Below, piece after piece: positions 58,600-64,000 of a stretch of 64,000 nucleotides of DNA (the first letter of the stretch is position 1; each line of letters starts with the position of its first letter). The stretch comes from Vulcanimicrobiota bacterium. Its GTDB lineage: Bacteria; Vulcanimicrobiota; Vulcanimicrobiia; Vulcanimicrobiales; Vulcanimicrobiaceae. A program made the translations under genes and the position numbers. Location: the NCBI GenBank assembly GCA_963695225.1, contig OY968762.1:2880001-2944000 (forward strand), in the 5' to 3' direction. Below the pieces are notes generated by a model. It was not told the DNA's origin and made no database searches. It saw only the letters and a list, made by a program, of their open reading frames with translations.

Positions 58600-59397
58600 A
58601 TGGCTGAGGACCCACTGGTCGCATGTCTCAATAGGCAGAGCTATGCGCCGATCGAGATTCCTCACGAACGGTTCGATCCGCTCACGATCCTCGGCGGGCC
58701 ATCGCCCACCGCCCTCGAGCCTTTCGGATCGCTCCAGGACATTCTCGTTCCGGGGGGCGCGCTTCCGGAGATCCTTCGCGACGACGCCGCCTCGACGTTC
58801 TCGGACCGGCGCGCCGAACGGATCGATGCGAAGTTCGGCCTAAATCTGCTCGGCAAGGTCCTCCAAGCCTTCGGCGGTTCCGGGGCGCAGGCGTCCGCCG
58901 CATACCGGCACGCGGCCGCCTTCGAATATCTGTATTCCGACGTGCTGCACGATTGCGTTTACCTGATCCCGCTACTCAAGGCGCTTAGCGAGAAGAGCGT
59001 GGAATCGGAGACGCTGGAGTCGATCGCCGGCGCGCAGTATATCTTCATCGTCACCGACACGCTCAAATCGAACAAGTTCGGGATCGTCGCGTACGACGCG
59101 GGCGGCGCGGGCATCGATCTGAGCGCGGATGCGATCGAGAACGTCTTAGGCGCGAGCGCGGGCGTGCACGCCTCCGGCGGGGAGAATCACGTCGTCACGT
59201 ACAGCGGCGACAAGCACCTGCGCTTCGCGTTCCGCGCGAAGCGGCTAACGTTCGACGCGGCCGCGAAGAAGGTCACGCTCTCGTTCGCGGACGGGCCAAT
59301 CGCCTCGAAGTCCTTCCGCGCCGGCAGCGCCGTGTCGCCGCCGGAGGCGTTCGACCTGCCGGCCGCCGGCGAGTACATCGGCATCGCCGAGCGCTGA
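58600..59397 (+). CDS. Bacterial gasdermin-like pore-forming protein (265 aa)
   Basis: ATG at 58600 after GGAGG. Size and motif order match bacterial gasdermins as I recall them: 'DPLVACLNRQSY...P...DPLTI', 'GLNLLGKVLQAFGG', 'IFIVTDTLKSNKFGIVAYD...IDLSADAIE', 'LRFAFRAKRLTF', and a short C-terminal tail. Recognised by eye, not by HMM. Confidence 0.82.
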   Translation: MAEDPLVACLNRQSYAPIEIPHERFDPLTILGGPSPTALEPFGSLQDILVPGGALPEILRDDAASTFSDRRAERIDAKFGLNLLGKVLQAFGGSGAQASAAYRHAAAFEYLYSDVLHDCVYLIPLLKALSEKSVESETLESIAGAQYIFIVTDTLKSNKFGIVAYDAGGAGIDLSADAIENVLGASAGVHASGGENHVVTYSGDKHLRFAFRAKRLTFDAAAKKVTLSFADGPIASKSFRAGSAVSPPEAFDLPAAGEYIGIAER

Positions 59398-59453
59398 CGC
59401 GGGCGCCCTTCAACGCGGGCACCGGGAGGGCGATACGATCCGGGCTGGGCGCT

Positions 59454-59490
59454 AAAGAAAGGGCGGCGCCCTCTCGGGACGCCGCCTCTT
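59454..59490 (-). terminator. Intrinsic terminator downstream of tRNA-fMet
   Basis: Minus strand: GGCGGCGTCCC-GAGA-GGGCGCCGCC followed by CTTTCTTT. Confidence 0.75.
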
Positions 59491-59504
59491 CCTTCTTGCA
59501 CGCA

Positions 59505-59581
<77 letters not shown>

Positions 59582-59594
59582 ACGGGCGACCATG

Positions 59595-59623
59595 AGTATA
59601 CGGGGAGGACGCTAGTCTGTCAA
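59595..59623 (-). promoter_or_regulatory. Near-consensus sigma70 promoter of tRNA-fMet
   Basis: Minus strand: TTGACA, 17-nt spacer, TATACT, 13 nt upstream of the tRNA 5' end. Confidence 0.85.
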
Positions 59624-59636
59624 ACGCTACGAGCTC

Positions 59637-59803
59637 TATCAGCCCCAAGTAGAGATGTCCGGTTTTCCCCCAAGTAGAAATGTCCGGTCCCTTGGCCGGA
59701 GCTACCCCTGAGTACGACCGAGCCGGCACGCCTGGCCGCTCTGCGGCACTATACGGCCGGGGGACTCACCCAAGCGGAGGTTTGCAGCGTCATGCGGGAA
59801 TAG
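59637..59803 (+). mobile_element. Remnant left end of an IS (ISNCY/IS1202-like) with a transposase N-terminal fragment
   Basis: Two 21-bp direct repeats CCCCAAGTAGA(G/A)ATGTCCGGT (59643-63, 59668-88), then a fragment reading 'LSTTEPARLAALRHYTAGGLTQAEVCSVMRE*'. Confidence 0.6.
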
Positions 59804-59812
59804 CGGCTCCCC

Positions 59813-60826
59813 ATGGAGCCTTCGCCGTTCGTCCGCGCGCTGCCGAAAGTCCAACTGCATTGCCACCTCGAGGGCACGGTCGACGCCGCCACATTTCGCG
59901 CGCTCGCGAAGCTCCACGGGGTCGAGATCGGCGCTCGCGGGAGCGGTCCGCTCGAGGAGACGTATGCGTTCGCGTCGTTTCGCGAATTCTTGCTCACGTT
60001 CGCCGACGTCTGCCGCACGCTGCGAACGCCGGACGATTTCGCGCGGATCGCGAGCGAGTACGCGCGCGGCGCGCGCGGGCAGAACGTGCGCTACGCGGAG
60101 CTGTTCGTCTCGCCGTCGGTTTGGACGTACTTTCACCGCGACCTCGACATGCGCGCGGCCGTGCGCGCGCTGCGGGAAGCGTTTGATGCGGAGGAACGCG
60201 AGGGCGGGCCGGAAGTGCGGCTCATCTGCGATCTCACGCGGAACTTCGGCGTGGAGCGCGCCGCGCTGACGGCGCGGCAGGCCGTGGAGCTCGCGGAGTT
60301 CGGCGTGATCGGCGTCGGGCTCGGCGGCGACGAGGCGGCGTATCCCCCGGAACTCTACGCCGGGCCGTTCGAGTTCGCGCGGGAACACGGACTGCGCACG
60401 GTCGCGCACGCGGGCGAAGCGGCGGGCGCCCGGAGCGTGCGGAGTGCCGTCGAGGTGCTCGGCGCGGAGCGGATCGGGCACGGCGTGCGTGCGCTGGAGG
60501 ACGAGGCGCTCGTGGAGGACCTCGCACGGCGGGGAATCGCGCTCGAGATCTGCCCCACCTCGAACCGGTTGACGGGCGCCGTTCCCGCCGGCAGCCCGCA
60601 CCCGATCGGGGAGTTGGACCGGCGCGGCGTCGCCTGCGTGATCGACGCGGACGATCCGGCGCTGTTCTCTACGACGCTCGAGGCCGAGTACGCGCTGGTC
60701 GAGGCCGAACTCGGCGCCGGCGCGGTCGCGCGCTTCGCCCGGCAGGCCGTCGATAGCTCCTTCGCGCCCCCCGCCACGAAGGCTCGGCTTCTGACAGAAA
60801 TGGCTTCCGTAGCGCGGAATTATTAG
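59813..60826 (+). CDS. add: Adenosine/adenine deaminase
   Basis: 'LPKVQLHCHLEG', 'GLGGDE', 'AHAGE', 'ERIGHGVR', 'LEICPTSN', 'DADDP'. Confidence 0.93.
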   Translation: MEPSPFVRALPKVQLHCHLEGTVDAATFRALAKLHGVEIGARGSGPLEETYAFASFREFLLTFADVCRTLRTPDDFARIASEYARGARGQNVRYAELFVSPSVWTYFHRDLDMRAAVRALREAFDAEEREGGPEVRLICDLTRNFGVERAALTARQAVELAEFGVIGVGLGGDEAAYPPELYAGPFEFAREHGLRTVAHAGEAAGARSVRSAVEVLGAERIGHGVRALEDEALVEDLARRGIALEICPTSNRLTGAVPAGSPHPIGELDRRGVACVIDADDPALFSTTLEAEYALVEAELGAGAVARFARQAVDSSFAPPATKARLLTEMASVARNY

Positions 60827-60848
60827 GCGGACCAAGAAAGCATACATC

Positions 60849-61547
60849 ATGGCTGGCCACACCCATTTCGAAGAATCTACCGAAGAATATCTCGAGGCGA
60901 TCTATCGCCTCGAACGCGAAGGCCCCGGCGTGACGACGTCGGGCATCGCCACCGAGCTCGGCGTCGCGCCTGCATCGGTTTCCGGGATGCTCAAGAAGCT
61001 CGCCTCGGAGGGCTTCATCGAGCATCAGGCGCGCGGCGGAGCGAAGCTCGCGAAGAAGGGTCTCGAGATCGCGGTTCGCGTCATTCGCCGCAACCGGCTT
61101 GCCGAATGCTTGCTCACGCAAGTGCTCGGCATGGATTGGGACGAGGTGCACACCGAGGCATGCCGTCTCGAGCACGCGATCTCGTCGCGCGTCGAAGAAC
61201 GCCTCGTCGCGGTGCTGGGCGATCCGCAGGTCTGCCCGCACGGTCACCCGATCCCGCCGCTCGATCTCAGCGATCCGCCGCGCCCCGGCGTGCCGCTGGC
61301 GCAAGTCGGGCAAGGTGAGAACGCCGTCGTGCACGGCGTGACGGAAGACTTGCCGGAAATTCTCCGCTACCTCGGCGAGTTGGGCTTGCGCCCGGGCGCG
61401 AAGGTCGAAGTGGTCGAGAAAGCTCCGCTCGGCGGCCCGGTCACGATCGGCGTCGATTCGCGGCGGCACGCGATCTCGCTCGAGCTCGCGCGAAAGATCA
61501 CGGTGCTCGGACCACCGGGTGCGCACGCGGTGGAAGAACTCCCATAA
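60849..61547 (+). CDS. DtxR/MntR-family metal-dependent regulator with FeoA domain
   Basis: 'EEYLEAIYRL', 'ASVSGMLKKL', 'RLAECLL', 'VHTEACRLEHAIS', 'CPHGHPIP', 'YLGELGLRPG'. Confidence 0.93.
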   Translation: MAGHTHFEESTEEYLEAIYRLEREGPGVTTSGIATELGVAPASVSGMLKKLASEGFIEHQARGGAKLAKKGLEIAVRVIRRNRLAECLLTQVLGMDWDEVHTEACRLEHAISSRVEERLVAVLGDPQVCPHGHPIPPLDLSDPPRPGVPLAQVGQGENAVVHGVTEDLPEILRYLGELGLRPGAKVEVVEKAPLGGPVTIGVDSRRHAISLELARKITVLGPPGAHAVEELP

Positions 61548-61572
61548 CCTTCGTACCGGCGCGGGCGCTCGC

Positions 61573-62235
61573 GTGAGCACTCCCGTGACCTACGCGCTCG
61601 TCGCGCTCAACGTCGCGGCGTACGTTTGGGTCGCCTTCACGGGCGGCTTCGACGTGCCGTCGCTGGTCGCGCACGGTGCGCTCGACGGGCCGCATGTCGC
61701 GAACGGCGAGTATTGGCGCATCGTGACGGCGGCGTTCCTGCACGGCGGCCTGCTGCACATCGGGCTGAACATGTTCGCGCTCGTGCAGGTCGGCACGTAC
61801 CTCGAATCGCTCGTCGGTTCGGCGCGCATGCTCGCGATCTATACGGTCGCAATGATCGGCGCCGGCGTTGCGGTCGTGATCTTCTCGCCGAACGACGTGA
61901 CGGTCGGCGCGAGCGGGGCGATCTTCGGCATCTTCGGTGCGCTCGTCGCGATCGGCTTGCGGCTCGGCGCGCGCGGACGCGGTTTGATCGCGCAGACGCT
62001 GCCGATCGTCGGGCTGAATCTCGCGTTCGGCTTCAGCACGCCGAACATTTCGAACGCCGCGCACATCGGCGGTTTGCTGAGCGGATTCGTCGCGGGGCTC
62101 GCGGTCTTCATGATGCGGCGCCCGCAAGCCGTTGCGGAGAGCGAGGCCGCCGGGGCCGAAGCATCGGATTCCGGCCTGGAAGCCCCCTCCGGCGTGGGAG
62201 CGCTCGACGGGGGCGAACCGGCGCCGCACCAATGA
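61573..62235 (+). CDS. Rhomboid-family intramembrane serine protease
   Basis: 'GEYWRIVTAAFLHGGLLHIGLNM', catalytic 'VGASGAIFG', 'AAHIGGL'. Confidence 0.93.
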   Translation: MSTPVTYALVALNVAAYVWVAFTGGFDVPSLVAHGALDGPHVANGEYWRIVTAAFLHGGLLHIGLNMFALVQVGTYLESLVGSARMLAIYTVAMIGAGVAVVIFSPNDVTVGASGAIFGIFGALVAIGLRLGARGRGLIAQTLPIVGLNLAFGFSTPNISNAAHIGGLLSGFVAGLAVFMMRRPQAVAESEAAGAEASDSGLEAPSGVGALDGGEPAPHQ

Positions 62236-64000
62236 GCGCGCCTCACGTCGCTTCGATCGAAGAGGTCTTCGCGCCGGAAGGTCCCGTGGCGCGGGCGCTT
62301 ACGGGCTTCGAGGCGCGGCCGGGGCAAGTGCGCATGGCGCAGACGATCGAACGCGGGTTCCTCGAAGGGATGCACTCGCTCGTCGAAGCCGGGACGGGCG
62401 TCGGGAAGTCACTCGCGTATCTGATCCCGGCGCTGCGGAGCGGCCGGAAGGTCGTCGTTTCGACCGGCACGATCGCGCTGCAGGAGCAACTCGTTCGCAA
62501 AGACATCCCGCTCGTCGTCGCGGCGCTCGGCCGCCCGGTTCGCATCGAATTGCTCAAGGGGCGCAACAACTACTTGTGCCGCGCGAAGCTGGATCGCATG
62601 CGAGCGGAGCGTCTGATCGCGCAGAGCGCCACGATGGAACGGCTTTGGCATTGGGCGGAGCGGACGACGACCGGGGATCGCGCCGAGCTCCCCTTCGTCC
62701 CGCCCGCGCTCGAATGGGAAGCGTTGGATGCCGACGGCGACGATTGCGTCGGCGAGTTCTGTGACCGTTTCCGCGATTGTCATTTCTTCGAGCGGCGCGA
62801 CGCGGCGCGCTACGCGGATCTGCTCGTCGTCAACCACGCGCTGTTCTTCCTCGATCTCGCTGGCGGGGGAAGCCTGCTCCCGCCGTACGATTTCGCGATC
62901 CTCGACGAAGCGCATCAGTGCGAGCAGTGGGCGACGGCCGCGCTGACCGCGACGCTTTCGCAAGGTTCCGTCAACCGCGTGATGCGGCGCATGCATCGCA
63001 ACTACGCGCTCCCGGCCGGGTACGACGCCGAAATCGACGAGGCGATGCGCGGCTTGACGGCGGCGCTCGCCCGCGTGCCGGGCGAACGGTATCCGCTCGC
63101 CGCGAACGAAACGGCGGGGCAAGCGCTCGACGCGCTCCGCAACGCGTTCTATCGGCTCGAGAACTGGCTGCACGCGAACTGGCAAGCCGCGCTCAAACGG
63201 CCGAGCCCGAACCCGGCGGAAGGCGAACGCCGCCGGGATCTCGCGATGCGCGGCATCGTCGCGCACATCGAAACGATCGAGCGGCTGGCTCGCGCCGACG
63301 AAGAGACGATCAGCTGGGTCGAACAGATCGAAGAAGGCGGGCGCTACGAAATCAACGCCGCGCCCTTCGACGTCGCGGAGTTCCTGCGCGCCTCGCTGTT
63401 CGCGCGTACGCAAAGCGTCGTGCTGACGAGCGCGACGCTGGCGGACGCGGGATCGTTCGCTTTTCTGCGGCGCACGCTCGGAATCGATGCCGCGCAAGAA
63501 TACGTCGCGCCGTCGCCGTTCGATTTCGCGCGGCAGGCGTCGCTCTTTCTCGCCTCGCGAGCCTGCAATCCGAAGGCCCCGGATTTCCCCGAACGCGTCG
63601 CGCCGTTGATCGAGGAGATCCTCGATCGCACGAGAGGCCGCGCGTTCGTGTTGTTCACCTCGTACGCGCGCCTGTACGAAGTGCACGCGCTCGTGCGCGA
63701 GCGCATCGCGTTCCCCGTCAAGCTGCAAGGCGACCTCCCGCGCGGCGCGATGCTGGCGTGGTTCCGCGCGACTCCGAACGCAGTGCTGTTCGCGACGGGG
63801 ACGTTCTGGGAAGGGATCGACGTCGCGGGGGAGCAGCTCTCGTGCGTGATCATCGACCGGCTCCCGTTTCCTTCGCCGGGCGATCCGCTCGTCCGCGCGA
63901 AGCTGTCGGCGATCGAGAGCGCGGGCCGCTCGAGCTTCGATGAATACATGATCCCCTCTGCGATCGTCCGCCTCAAGCAAGGCTTCGGGCGATTGATTCG
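62232..64000 (+). CDS. DinG/YoaA-family ATP-dependent helicase (runs off the 3' end of the window)
   Basis: ATG at 62232; 'FEARPGQVRMA', 'VEAGTGVGKSLAYL', 'STGTIALQEQL', 'KGRNNYLC', 'VVNHAL', 'ILDEAH', 'LTSATL', 'FWEGID', 'RLPF', 'LKQGFGRLI'. Confidence 0.93.
   Translation, partial: MSAPHVASIEEVFAPEGPVARALTGFEARPGQVRMAQTIERGFLEGMHSLVEAGTGVGKSLAYLIPALRSGRKVVVSTGTIALQEQLVRKDIPLVVAALGRPVRIELLKGRNNYLCRAKLDRMRAERLIAQSATMERLWHWAERTTTGDRAELPFVPPALEWEALDADGDDCVGEFCDRFRDCHFFERRDAARYADLLVVNHALFFLDLAGGGSLLPPYDFAILDEAHQCEQWATAALTATLSQGSVNRVMRRMHRNYALPAGYDAEIDEAMRGLTAALARVPGERYPLAANETAGQALDALRNAFYRLENWLHANWQAALKRPSPNPAEGERRRDLAMRGIVAHIETIERLARADEETISWVEQIEEGGRYEINAAPFDVAEFLRASLFARTQSVVLTSATLADAGSFAFLRRTLGIDAAQEYVAPSPFDFARQASLFLASRACNPKAPDFPERVAPLIEEILDRTRGRAFVLFTSYARLYEVHALVRERIAFPVKLQGDLPRGAMLAWFRATPNAVLFATGTFWEGIDVAGEQLSCVIIDRLPFPSPGDPLVRAKLSAIESAGRSSFDEYMIPSAIVRLKQGFGRLI

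Noticed and set aside
59643..59688. CRISPR array
   Set aside because: Only two 21-bp repeats separated by 4 nt, no spacers and no cas genes; better explained as an IS end.
61573..62235. Rhomboid protease as the activator of the gasdermin 2.2 kb away
   Set aside because: It lies in an ordinary add-mntR-rhomboid-dinG run on the far side of the tRNA, has no sensor domain, and rhomboids cut within or near membrane helices; nothing in the sequence links it to the gasdermin.

Overview
A GC-rich bacterial chromosomal window. Gene content and codon style are compatible with a Terrabacteria lineage such as Candidatus Eremiobacterota; this assignment is inference only. In order it holds: the end of an exopolysaccharide locus (murJ-like flippase, phosphoglycosyl transferase, ugd, split Wzc-like pair, UDP-glucuronate decarboxylase-like gene); an accessory patch (esterase, cytochrome c, glycosyltransferase/radical SAM/epimerase operon, Uma2 nuclease, CoA transferase, RHH antitoxin plus a broken Doc toxin); a core block (tlyA-nadK-recN, LCP, pyk, rimP-nusA-ylxR-infB-rbfA-nrnA-truB-ribF); an atypical Clp ATPase; a candidate aromatic-lipid/polyketide cluster (methyltransferase, FAD oxidoreductase, SRPBCC cyclase, ketosynthase, ABC exporter, AttH-like protein); a phosphate regulon (ppx, phoB, phoR, pstSCAB-B); and a variable spot beside tRNA-fMet. 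That spot carries a PAS/HD-GYP gene, an IS-end remnant and, most notably, a bacterial gasdermin-like gene (58600-59397) with no adjacent activating protease. The window ends with add, a DtxR/MntR regulator, a rhomboid protease and a partial DinG helicase. Other oddities are a nested palindromic element between infB and rbfA with C-depleted flanks, and a ylxR gene without a canonical start codon. All calls come from reading the sequence and recognising motifs; no database searches were run.
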